A stretch of 64,000 nt of DNA, taken from Octopus sinensis. Taxonomy: Eukaryota. The position numbers were made by a program, and so were the translations under genes. This document shows positions 12,771 to 24,714 of the stretch, one piece after another (position 1 is the first letter of the stretch; every line of letters starts with the position of its first letter). The stretch is taken from positions 15,376,001 through 15,440,000 of the forward strand of contig NC_043002.1 of NCBI RefSeq assembly GCF_006345805.1. Reading direction: 5' to 3'. The notes beneath the pieces are model-generated. The model was not told the origin of the DNA. It saw only the letters and a list, made by a program, of their open reading frames with translations, and searched no databases.

Positions 12771-13520
12771 ATAAGATAAGAAAATCGAGAGATGAATAGT
12801 AAATTGTTATTTTTTAATTAAAGAATTGCGACTGTTTCTATTCAAGACCTTTATAACAATAGTCATTAAGTAATAAAATGAAAATGAAAAGTTATTTGAA
12901 AGTCGAATCTCCTCAAAGTTAGTCTGAAATTTACAAAATAGATGTTCAATTCCTGCATGTTGAGTAAACGGCTGCAAATTGTTAACTCATAAAATGTATG
13001 CATGAAAATCATAGTATAAAAAATGGTATAGACCTTAGAAAGGAGAGGAAATTTGGTTATATTAGAATTGAAAAGTAATAATAGATCAATATATTCATTT
13101 AGAGAGTTTAGCATAAGGAAAACTCAAGTAGGTTTATTGGTATAAATGTCATATATTGTCCATCCATATTAAATTAGAAAATTAGTACGTAGATTTTAAT
13201 TAAAGTGTGTACAGTTATTATTAATATGTAATTAAGTTGGAAGACATTCCAGGCAATCTATTATTTATTATACATATCGAAACGGTTAAAAGACTTAAAA
13301 GATATATTAACTTAACGCTAGGTTACGTAAAACTTATAAAATACAATCAAGAATTAAGAAAAATAAATAAAAAAACATAAAGTAAAAAGTAAAATTTGAT
13401 AGAATAAATATAAATAAATGAATAAATACTTATAAAATATAAACTTTCACCCCTAACATAATTTATTATTGAGCTAGACTAATAAAGATAAGGAACTATT
13501 GGACAAGGCTTTTATAAATT
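12769..13520 (-). mobile_element. Possible Penelope-like 3' region
   Basis: Abuts (TA)n, strongly A-rich on plus like other PLE tails here, degenerate gaaacagtcg motif; no coding match. Confidence 0.3.
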
Positions 13521-13622
13521 CAGATATGTTGGTGAAATACACCGCCAGAAGTTGTTGTTGACAAACAACAGCAGTAATTGTATCCAGCTGAATACACGTC
13601 ATTTATTGGTTGAAATGACCGA

Positions 13623-13726
13623 ATTACGACAATTTTAACACGAAATAACTTCGTAAATATAAACTATTTGAGTTTTTGAGAAAAGTTTATATTTACGAAG
13701 TTATTTCGTGATAAAATCGTCGTAAT
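13623..13726. mobile_element. Hairpin MITE-like element
   Basis: About 43-bp imperfect inverted arms attacgacaatttt...tataaact / agtttata...aaaatcgtcgtaat. Confidence 0.65.
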
Positions 13727-13829
13727 CATCATCGTCGTCATCATCATCAGCAGCAGCAGCAGTAGTATTCTTATTGTGACGCTCTATGTCGATGTTACGC
13801 CTATTTTATATTCACTATATTGGTATTTA

Positions 13830-13894
<65 letters not shown>

Positions 13895-14793
13895 TTTACT
13901 TATTTTTTATTACTTTATATTCTGTCTTTCAATTATACAAAACCAGAAGCCTAATTGTCACTGACGACAAAGCTAATAATAAACAAATAATAAATTTCTT
14001 CCAAAATCTCAATGGAAAACTCAATTATTATCCGAATATCATTCAAGAGTATTTTTATCTATTTATGTTTACCGTATCGAAACAGATTAGTTTAAAGATC
14101 ATTTGTGTGCGTCGCATATAATGCGCTCTCATCATATAATTCATAATTTATTCATACGATTCCCAATGTTATAATTCCAGCTTTCTGTCGAGTTATATGA
14201 TTCATTGATGCAATTCACATGACAGTTTATCAGTCTAAACGTCTGCATGAGGTAAATTGAATATAAATGAAGTTAAAATTTGTGCATAACTCATTAGTAT
14301 TACTCGTTTAACTTCTAAGATATTCCACCAATAAATAAGTTAAAGCAAATAAGTATATAGAGAAATATGATGTATTCGGATTTTGTAAAAGGGAATAATA
14401 TTTGTACAATGAACTATATTCACTTGATCTATCACAGTGGAAATAGTGATATCAAGAATGTATCGAACATTTGTATTAATATAGTTTGGATTAAACCTCC
14501 TAAATTCGTATACATTGCTGTCTCATAAATTTCACTTTTATAATGGCATTAATTATATGCTAAAATGTTTATGATTGTAAACTTTTAGGTTACCAAAAAT
14601 GGAAGCATGAGAGAGGTGGCCACGTGACAATCATTTGTCTCCCTTTCATTCCTATAAGTCTAAATGTTGTCAGATCCTATCTGTTCGGCATTTCAGCCTT
14701 TTACTTTTCGTGTTATCCTAACTGATCTTTGAAAACTGTGAAACGTCTTTGTTGATATCAAGAGAAAATCTTCAGTCAATAAATTAACAAATA

Positions 14794-14958
14794 GGCGTAG
14801 AATTGGCTGTGTGGTAAGTAGCTTGCTTACGAACCACATGGTTCCGGGTTCAGTCCCGCTGCGTGGCACCGTGGGCTAGCGCCTTCTACAATAGCCTCGG
14901 GCCGACCAAATTCCTGTGAGTAGATTTGGTAGACGGAAACTGAAAGAAGCCCGTCGTA
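14794..14958 (+). mobile_element. SINE family 1, 5' half
   Basis: Head matches 2573-2730. Confidence 0.9.
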
Positions 14959-15153
14959 TATATGTACATATAAATATAAGTGCGGCGCTTGTTCAGTAAT
15001 TGTATAAATTATTTCATACACTGAACCTACGTAACATCTTATTACACTGATGAGCATATTCCAAGCTTCATCTTATTTTTTCCTTTCTTTCACGGTTTTA
15101 TGCTTCACTCGCACGATTATTTTTCCCATACTGACAAGTGTATTTCTACCCAG

Positions 15154-15202
15154 TACGATCCGGAAATATATTGCTGCGGATAATTGAAGGTATCAGATTG
15201 AG
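15154..15202 (+). other. Candidate spliced exon (may join a second exon at 15301)
   Basis: ctgac branch point, tatttctacccAG acceptor, GAG|GTAAGT donor; one open frame. Confidence 0.3.
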
Positions 15203-15539
15203 GTAAGTGTGCCCTTGATTAGTAAGACTGACAGTAATCTAAGTGTCACCCTACAAAATAAAGCTCTAGATAACTATACAAATATTCTTACTCTTCACAG
15301 TATCAAACATCAACTTCCGAAAGTGACATCTGAAATCATTACATACATGAATGCAGGGATGCTACTACATAATCAGTAACTTATTCAGTTTTGAAATTAG
15401 CGCAAAATCAGAAGTCTCTGTTCTGGGAAAGCGATTTACAGTGGAAATAAACACAGTGTATTTTATATTATCTTATAAATCCTTAAAGGAGGAACAGCTC
15501 AGGAGATATTTATCCCATAGCATATTAGAGATGTTAATG

Positions 15540-15878
15540 CGGCGAGCTGGCAGATACGTCAGCAAACAGGGCGAAATGCGTAGCCGTATTTCGTCTGCCG
15601 TTACGTTCTGCGTTTAAATTCCGCCGAGGTCGACTTTGCCTTTCATACTTTCGGGGTCGATAAATTGAGTATCAGTTACGCACTGGGGTCGATATAATCA
15701 ACTTAATCCGTTTGTCTGTCCTTGTTTGTCCTCTCTGTGTTTAGCCCCTTGTGGGTAGTAAAGAAAGAGGTATTTCGTCTGTTTTTAAGTTCTGAATTCA
15801 AACGTGCCTTTAATCATTTCGATCTAATCGACTGGTCCTCTTCCGAGACATTTTGTGCCCTGGGCCTCCAGTAGAAAA
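15540..15878 (+). mobile_element. SINE family 2, full copy followed by a partial tandem unit
   Basis: gcggcgagctggcag head; after the tail a second unit starts at ggtatttcgtctg. Confidence 0.85.
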
Positions 15879-16091
15879 TAACGTATTAGAAATGATAGTA
15901 TTTACTTTAATACTCAAAATATTCTGTCACCTCACGTAAGAATGTTTATATTCATTGTAACAGTTTTCCGGTTTTAGTAATTTGATAATAAGTTACTTGC
16001 ATTGTATTTCTTTTTTTCCTCCTTAAATTTTTATATTGCAATTCTTTATCTCAATCTCTAAGTCCCCTTCTGATTATACACACATCATTTA

Positions 16092-16131
16092 ATTCGGATT
16101 TGAAATCCCAAGCGGGATTTCAAATCCGAAT
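16092..16131. repeat. Perfect 18-bp stem, 4-nt loop inverted repeat
   Basis: attcggatttgaaatccc-aagc-gggatttcaaatccgaat. Confidence 0.9.
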
Positions 16132-16834
16132 ATTAGTTTTTCATTATTTTTCTCATAATTATTTCTTTCACACCAATATTGTTCGTTCTCATGTCTTTGT
16201 TTGTTCAATCGTTGATTTCTTTGTTCGTTTTTTTCTCTCTTTCTTTCCTATCCTCGAAAATTCTTTTACTTTGACATAGACATACACATTTTTTCTCTAT
16301 CTCTTTCTATATCGACTTTCATAGACAATTCGGAAACCATTGAAACCAACTTTAATTTAATTATTTTTTAATGAATTATTAACATCTTGCTTTGTGATAC
16401 TATTTTTATCTGTCATCAGATTCTTCTCGAAAAACGAGGTGAATATGTATTGAAATAACAAGAAAAATACATTTTATTTAATTTACATTATGTACATTTT
16501 TCTACGCTAAACTAAGGTTTTTGAAATGAAAAATATGTTATGTGTACGTACATAGATATATACTTACATTCATACACATCCGCACAAACACACGAACACA
16601 CACAAGCACACCACACACACATACAGATATATACACCTTCCCCACACACGTACATTATATACTCGTCACTTTAGTTCATATATAGTTCGGATTCGAAGCA
16701 GATTCCATTTGCATGCAGCAGTCTCATATTCTGGAAAACCCAGTAAGGGTATTTCTTTTACACAATGTTATAAAGGTAAAAATCTTTTTAAAAGCAAGAA
16801 TAGTTATACTTTATGAAAATTATGTTTGAAATTC

Positions 16835-17012
16835 AATTATGTCGGTGTATGTATGACTGTGTGTTTAGGAAATCCGTTTTGCAAGCACAGGCTCTCGTGT
16901 CCAGTCCCATTACTTAGCATCTTGGAAGTGTCCTATACTATAGACACGGGTCGACCTGAGTATATGAGTGATTTTTACGCACGCGCTCACACAAACATAG
17001 AAACTAACACAC

Positions 17013-17049
<37 letters not shown>

Positions 17050-17290
17050 CACACACAGATATATATATATATACATATATATATATGGGTTTTCTGTGTG
17101 AGTGCTTGTGTGTCTGTGTAAGTAACCTACTGTTTGACAATTGCTATTGGTTTCTTTATGCCCCCGTAATATATTCTGACCAACAGAATACGTGCAAGAT
17201 TTTCAAACTCGTACTGGTTTGCATTTCTTAGAAGAAAAACCTACAATGCTGTGCCCCTGCATAACCGCAGTCAAACAACTGAAACAAATG
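16835..17290 (+). mobile_element. Old, diverged SINE family 1 copy
   Basis: Residual gtccagtccca...catcttggaagtgtc...tatagacacgggtcgacc head and ccgcagtcaaacaactgaaacaa tail. Confidence 0.6.
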
Positions 17291-18519
17291 GAAATTGATC
17301 AATATGATGGTATAATTCGGGTGTATTTTCACGCTAATCATGTGTCAATATTTTTCATGTACTTTGTATTAAATTATGTGCCAATTATGTGCCAATATTT
17401 TTCATGTACTTTGTATTAAAAAGAATGATAATGTAGAAATTACTAACATATATGACGATATGGTACTTTATTATAGAACGCTATCTGTGTAGCACACACC
17501 CTACCAATCATCAATGAGCTCATTAAAAATATCCATTACAAAACGTTCTGTTCTCCTACTTGAGTGTTGGTATTATGTGACTGGACGGGTTCTATTGTAT
17601 TCGCTCAGCCTGATTTTCTCGGACTACGGCCAATACTTACTTCATATCAAAGATGTACCTCACTCTGTCGCATTTCATAAATCATATAGCACTTGATAAA
17701 CCATGTAGCATTTTATAAACTGTGAAGCACAGGATAAAGTGTATAGCACTTGATAAACTGTAAGTTATTACAAAATGTTCCCGAGGTTATTTATTAAGCT
17801 ATTTTCATCTGAATTTAAAGAATAACAAATCCATTTCAGAAACATATCTAAGATTTTGGACGGTATGATGAGATAAACCAATGAGTGAGCCACCATAAAC
17901 TTGTCGGTTATTCAACCTACTCTGGAGAAATCTGTCATTTGTTTTTATTTTATCTTGTTTTATATTTTGCTATTAATGGCGTTGATTGAAACAGAAAGAC
18001 AATGAGCAAACTAATGCTTGACACACTGAAACACGCAACCAAAAATCAAAATAGATATCACTGAAAATCTTTTAATTCTTGTAGTGTTATTGAGTGGTAA
18101 CGGATTGCAATACAAATAAATTTTTTAGCATCTATTGCATGGAGGAGAGAAAAATGAAGTTTCAGAAAAAATTCATATCAAAAGGAAATACAAACATGAG
18201 CTTCTTTAAGAGCATTTCATCAATCCCCATGCTGATATTCTAAACAAAAGGCCACTACATATATGACGTGATTGCTTCTTATCACATGCAAAGGATATAG
18301 GAAATTTTAATAAGACATTCCTCAGAGCTAAGAGTGGTTCGTATGTACGTACGTATGTTATATACATAGATACATACATACAAACACCATTCCCTTCGAA
18401 ATTTTATCACTAATAGTGGTTTGGAATTTAACTGTTCCCTCTAGCGTGCAAAGAGTCCTTTGATGGATGCCTCTTACGTTTTTAAATGTACACTGTATAT
18501 ATATATATACAGTGTACAT

Positions 18520-18695
18520 TTACACGATATGAATAATAATAACTTAAACGCAATATATATAGGGTCCACTTCCTCTAAAATAAAATTAAGAATTGCACAG
18601 CATATGCATTCATTTAAAAATGAAAACCTAACTAACTCTACAGGACTAAACAAATACATATGGGGGCTTAAATCCCAAAGTATTAAGTATGATTT
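18520..18695 (+). mobile_element. Penelope-like GIY-YIG endonuclease fragment
   Basis: YIGSTSSKIKLRIAQHMHSFKNENLTNSTGLNKYIWGLK (YIG at 18556-18564); homologous to 55777-56130; ends in (TA)n. Confidence 0.85.
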
Positions 18696-18702
18696 ATATA
18701 TA

Positions 18703-18772
<70 letters not shown>

Positions 18773-19544
18773 ACGTATATACCTATATGTAAACATACAA
18801 TGTTCATACATATGTGTATCTGTTTGTGGGTGGGTGTTTTGAATATGTAGCAGCGTTTCTAAATATATGAATGTACCTATCTGAAAGTACCAGTTTACAC
18901 AATGATATTCTTTGTCCGTTACTCAGTCAGTTCCTTTCTTTCTTTCTCTATGTCTTTTTCTATCTATCTTTATTTCTCTCTCTATCTCTCTCGCTCTCTC
19001 TCTCTTCATATAGAATCACATTCCTTTATGAGCATTAACTGCAGTGGATCCGATGCTACAACCGCCAAAACAGTTCTCTTCTAGAGAGTAGTAATGAATA
19101 ACGGAGCTAACATACACCCGCGCCATGTTAACTACCAAAAGATGTCTACATAACCAGACAAATGAATTGCTTCCTAAATCTGCCGCACGTCGTTTACAAT
19201 TACAATCCATTAAATAATCCATTTAGAAGGCATAAATCATATCAAATCCAATCTTGCCTTTCCCGAGTAAAATATCTCTCTGGAAATCAATCCAGAACGT
19301 AGTCTACAAATGTATGAAGATATCCGCACAGCTAACATACAACGTATCCTATTTAGGAATTTGCATTTTCTACTAAATACGATATATTTAGAGTATTGGA
19401 TATTATTCCTACGACAGTGTTTGTAAGGTAGCAACACTTATCTCCGAAAATAACTTCAAATATGTCACGTTATTTGTGGTAATATAATCTTCTATAAAAC
19501 AGAGATGTTATATCTTGTGACGGCTGCTGCTTTTCAAATACATA

Positions 19545-20314
19545 TCTCTTATAATAAAAGGCAGATTTTATCTGCCTCCCTTTGTCTCTTATAGAAATCT
19601 ACAATATAGGATTTCTTCAATTACAATTTACCTAGCATTTTTAAGAGCAGAATGCATCGGGTCGTGCCAGGTCCGGTTTTTAAAATTTCAACCCCAATTA
19701 AGCAAAATTTAGAGAAAACTCACGTTGTGGTGTGTAAGTCAAGTGCTTTTCTTACTGTGGGCTACAGCACACGCACACACACACAAACGGAGTGAACTGC
19801 TTCACTGATGATATCACCCTAATTTCTCCTCCTTTCTCTTTGCAAGTGTGCAACGATTAAAATGAAAGTATTTATATAAAACGAGAGAAGTGTACCTTAA
19901 ACCACTACTCAAAAAAAAAAACAACACAGCAAACAGAAACAAATAAATACATAACGATTTACTAAAAACACAATTTCTTCAATTAGAGTTTACGTATGAT
20001 TTTTCAAAGTACTTCCATTCGGTCATGGCATAAAAATTTCTTTCAATTTCACCCCCATTTCAGAAAAAATTCGAGAAAACTAAATATTTTACTATTTCAC
20101 TCTGCATATTACTCCCACTTCCTCTTTACACACATAGACACGCAAATATATAAATAAAATTGTAAGCTAACGTGTGTGTGTGTGTGTGAGTGTGCGTGAG
20201 TGTGTGTGTGCGTCTGTGTGTGTATGAGGGTGCGTGTGTGTCTGTGTGTGTGTGTGTGTGTGTGTGAGTGTGTGACAGGGATGAGCAAGTCAAACGGGTC
20301 ATCCTTTTTGCTAG
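19545..20314 (+). mobile_element. Probable non-autonomous Helitron
   Basis: a|TCtcttataataaaagg 5' end; degenerate gagcaag...cgggtc...gCTAG 3' end. Confidence 0.5.
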
Positions 20315-20324
20315 ATCACCTAAC

Positions 20325-20765
20325 ATCTAAAGTTATTTCTAAGTAGCAGTCGCCCAAAAGTGTATATAGACACACACATGTATGTATAATGTGTGTGTAT
20401 ATATTTCCATAGAGGTACCCATTCACTCCGCACAAAGCTTTTTTAGGACGAAAATATCATCTAAAGTTATCTCTAAGTAGCAGTCGCCCAAAAGTGTATA
20501 TAGACACACACATGTATGTATAATGTGTGTGTATATATTTCCATAGAGGTAACCATTCACTCCATACAAAGTTATTTAGGACGAATTGGACGAATATAAG
20601 TTCTAAAGTATATCCAAGTAGCAGAAAGATCGCCCAAAAGTGTATATAGATATTTAAATGTATTTATATATTCATCTATACACACATGTATGTATAATGT
20701 GTGTGTATATATTTCCATAGAGGTAACCATTCACTCCGCACAAAGTTTTTTAGGACGGACGAAAA
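20325..20765. repeat. Tandem repeat, three units (133 bp, 133-143 bp, third with insertion)
   Basis: catctaaagttat...ccatagaggtaaccattcactcc recurs at about 20325, 20458, 20601. Confidence 0.9.
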
Positions 20766-21610
20766 TCTTTATATATAAAAGAAAGGTTGCGTGTCTGTCT
20801 ACTCCGATTTAGATTCCTAACTACTCCCACATTTTGCGATGCAGTTTAACCAAAACCGAGTATCTTATAGTCGTGACTCATATCGAGCCCTTCTGGGTAT
20901 TAGCGCGCGTCTACGATGAGTCTACGATTTTACAAATAATTTACCATCATTTTCTCCCATTTTAATGCATATTTTTTAATAAAGGGAAGTAACTCTCAAA
21001 CTTCACACCAATATGCGTGCTCATATGCGACGTAATATCACATCAGCAGCATTTCCTCACACCCTCCTTGCACTTGGCGAACGCAAAATACCAGGGGATG
21101 AAAATGGTAATATTGCCATCGATTCCATTTGTACCATTGTTAAGACGCCTTCTGATCTCAGAGTTGCAGTGATCCAAGATCTACAAGCTAATTATCAGAA
21201 TATGGATTGGATTGGCCAAAAGGATATACTGGCCCCGAGGAATAAAACTGTTCACCATATTAATGATGAAATGCTAAAACTCATTCCTGGGGAAGTCTAT
21301 GTATATCAGTCTATCAATACAACTCCTGACCCAGAGGACGTCATCAACTATCCAATAGAGGTACTCAATTCCTTTGAGCACCCCGGACTAACACCACACA
21401 TTCTCAAACTTAAAGTTGGTGCCCCTAAAATGCTCATCAGAAATTTGGTTCCTCCAAAACAATGCAATGGCACACGTTTGATCGTTAAGTCCTTATCTCC
21501 CAGCGTAAACTTATATCAATATTTGTCTGAATAATCATCATAATTCAGTGCAATCATTAACAGTACTTTCAAGCAATTCAGCCCCGAGCAACGCCGGGCA
21601 ATTCTGCTAG
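20766..21610 (+). mobile_element. Internally deleted Helitron retaining a PIF1-like helicase fragment
   Basis: A|TC 5' end, hairpin cccgagcaacgccggg (21583-21598), CTAG|T 3' end. Confidence 0.9.
21013..21510 (+). pseudogene. Helitron PIF1-family helicase C-terminal fragment
   Basis: ILAPRNKTVHHINDEMLKLIPGE, LKLKVGAPKMLIRNLVPPKQCNGTRLIVKSL. Confidence 0.9.
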
Positions 21611-22295
21611 TTGCGAATAAAAAAATTCCAGTAAACTATTGCTTTTTTTAATCGAGCCCTTATCCATCTTTTTAAAATAAATTATCTTTGTGATAATGCT
21701 AAAATAGATTACAACTTCTCTTTGGACATAACCCCATCTGTTTCGGTTAAATATTTAAATTCCATATAGGAATTGAAGACATATTTTCTTAAAAATTCGA
21801 AAATGTTAAAAAACTTTAAAATGATTAAGAAGACAAACGTATAGTCAAAGAATATATGAAAGCTTTGGATAACGTAGCAAGTCATTGGAAGAATTGAAAA
21901 TCACAAATATGAATAGTGTTCTGCAAATTATATCGGCAGACAGCATCCACGATTAATACCGACTCCCCACCGACAATAATTCTACAAAATATGTTGTAAA
22001 ATATTGCAACTATATTCAACACGGTAGGTTTGAGGAAGAAACTTTGCAGTTCAATAGTCAGAGGAACTTAGAGAAATTTTGTTAGTGAGAAGCTTATAGA
22101 AGGCAGCAACGCGAGAAAAAATATAGAAGTAATATTCATCCCCACTTAAAAGTGGATGTTGTATTGCAACAAACAATACTGTGGTAAATACTATCCGAGA
22201 AAATCTCATGTTGACTTTCTGTTGCGAAATACACTATTCCTAGTATCGCTCACTCGGAGACAAATCCCCACTACTTCCAGCGCCGAGACGAACTG

Positions 22296-22320
22296 ATCAC
22301 GTGATTACGGCCATGTTTGG
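22296..22320. promoter_or_regulatory. Palindromic E-box plus YY1-like motif in a locally CpG-richer patch
   Basis: ATCACGTGAT at 22296-22305 followed by cggccatgtttgg. Confidence 0.25.
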
Positions 22321-22717
22321 TGTTGTCACTGATTAACAGTCGACTGCTAGAGACAGCTGTGATTCATCTACCCGAGAGCGAATTTTTATTTTGACAGTGC
22401 CAGGACAGGCGCTGGTGTTACGATCCGCTCTTGAAAAGAAAAACGAATGCTAATAAGAGACTTTCTCTCATAGTAACTACCGCAGTAAATTTCGTCTATA
22501 TGAAACATCCATGATTAAGTGAGGATAAACATTGCCTCCCGCTATTAGTACTTTCTCTGCCGCTAATATGTAAAATATAGAAGTTCACTCTTCTCCATTT
22601 CTGCCATTGAAAAGTCTAGGACAAATAGATTGTCTCTGGGAAAATACGTTCAGCAATATTTCGTTGGTGGAGAAACTTACGTAAAGACTACAATAGGGCC
22701 AGGTGGTACATTGAGTT

Positions 22718-23023
22718 TGTCTTTTCCGTCTCGAGCCATGCTAGGCTCATAAGGGCCGGTTTTCCGGTTTCCTAGGCGTATAGGTTCCCCACCTGGACGG
22801 GACGCTGGTCCGTCGCAGTTGAGCTGCAAGATGCAGGAGGAAAGAGTGAAAGAAAGTTGGGGCAAAAGAGTCAGCAGAAGTTCGCCATTACCTTGTGCCG
22901 GAGCCGCGTGGAGCTTAGGTATTTCGCTCATAAACACAAAAACATCGCCCGGAGTGAGGTTCGAACCTGCGATCCCTCGATCGCGAATCTGCTGCTTTAA
23001 CAACAAGGCCAGGTGCCACCATA
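22718..23023 (-). mobile_element. tRNA-derived SINE family 3 (L2-like tail)
   Basis: 12-bp TSD gtacattgagtt (22706-22717, 23024-23035); tRNA-like head with ggttcgaacc. Confidence 0.9.
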
Positions 23024-23468
23024 GTACATTGAGTTCCGCGTGTATATGTATTTATGAATACATTGAGTTACTTATACATTGATTTATTTATGAATACCTT
23101 GAGTTTTGAGTACTTTGATTTCCACAAAAAGAGGGGCTGTTCCAAATTTCAAACGACTTTCCATACGCTATTCACCTCGAAAGAGAATAATGATGCAGAA
23201 ATGTTAAAACAAAGCAAATATTCCTTCTCCTCGCATTAATTTGTTTTACATGACGGCCTATAACACAGCAGTTATCCAAGTCTAATATATTGAAGCATTC
23301 TTATTAATTACCATCAGTATTGCTCTTCACATACGTTTTTAATATTTAAATAATGTACCGCGTGCGCTTCAAATATTATTTCATAGCATTTGTATACTTC
23401 GTAGATTACGCTTGATATGTTATGTAGCGTTGTTAAAGCGTAAAGCTTATTTTCCCAATGTGCATATA

Positions 23469-24170
23469 TTGGATTGTCCGAGAAGTTCTTGCAGATTTAT
23501 AATAGCTGATTACGGAGATGTACTCGCATAGCAAGTGATTTGATCTGAGATCGTGTGCTGAAACGAAAACAATTGCAGCGTGGAAGGTGTTTGTAAGCCA
23601 TTTATGAAACACACAAAAGCCGTTCGATTCACTTCAATAGCTGACTTTTCGACTCATTTTAGAACATGGTTGAGTCCATAAAATAGTACTTGACTACACC
23701 TCCATTTAGAGCACAGCTTAAGCCCTCTTTTCGTGGAAGAAGGTTTATGTTCCTATCACCTGTGTTAATTCTATAACCCTTTAAGATGGAAGATAAGAAA
23801 GTTCATTTTCGGCACTTGATACTTTGAGAACCGGACAAAAATTGCTGCAGCGCGGCTGGGATGTGTTACCCAACCCTCCATATTCACCAGATATTGCTCC
23901 TTCGGATTTCCACTTATACAGGTCTCTGCAAACTAGTCTTAATGGTAATAATTTCAATTCCTTGGACGACGTAAAAAGATACCTTGATGAATTCTTTGCC
24001 ATGAAACCACCTCAATTCTGGGAAGAGGGTATTTTCAAGTTAAAGGAAAGAGTGAGACGCATTGTGCAACAAAATAGTTCATATTTGGTTGATGAAAAAT
24101 GTAATGGCAAGTATTTATTGAACTTTTTTCTTTCCTTTAAAAATCGGCACGGACTTTCCGTACAACTCAA
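23469..24170 (+). mobile_element. Internally deleted mariner (DD34D-type) transposon
   Basis: TA-flanked imperfect TIRs ttggattgtccgagaagtt / ttgagttgtacggaaagtc; MEDKKVHFRHL joined to GWDVLPNPPYSPDIAPSDFHLYRSLQ. Confidence 0.92.
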
Positions 24171-24714
24171 TACATTCATATTATTATGTAATGTATCCGT
24201 ATTACTTCAGGAAGGGTACCTTATGCTTTCGATTGCGACACTGCGATACTCGCATAATTGAGAGATTTCTCAGAATGATATATTAGATAAAAGGACATGG
24301 CAGGAAATTTTATGATAAGTAATAAAGAGAAGTAATTACTAGCTGTAGCATAAAAATTTGTTTTGGATAGATAGTACTCAGCAATATCTCAAACGACAAT
24401 AATCCATAGATTTATTGATATTTCTGTGCGATTCACAACTGATTATATATACACGGGGCCATTAATTGTTACTTTGAGGTACATATATCTGTGAGAGCTT
24501 TCTGCCTTTCTGCTGCAGATAAACCTACATGTAATAGCGAAGCTTTCCCAGCTATTCCCTGCTCAATATGGTGAATGAATAGGTATATTACGTATGCAAT
24601 AATATTTATATGCACGCAAAATACGCTCAAGCACACATATAATTACCATCATCAGCAGCAGCAGCAGCAGCATCACCATCACCATCATAATCATCATCAC
24701 CGTTTGTAGCAGCA

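Noticed and set aside
12820-12875. Hammerhead on the minus strand
   Set aside because: CUGANGA and GAAA cores cannot both be fitted
17258-17330. Exon KQLKQMEIDQYDGIIR
   Set aside because: The apparent acceptor is the 3' end of an old SINE family 1 copy
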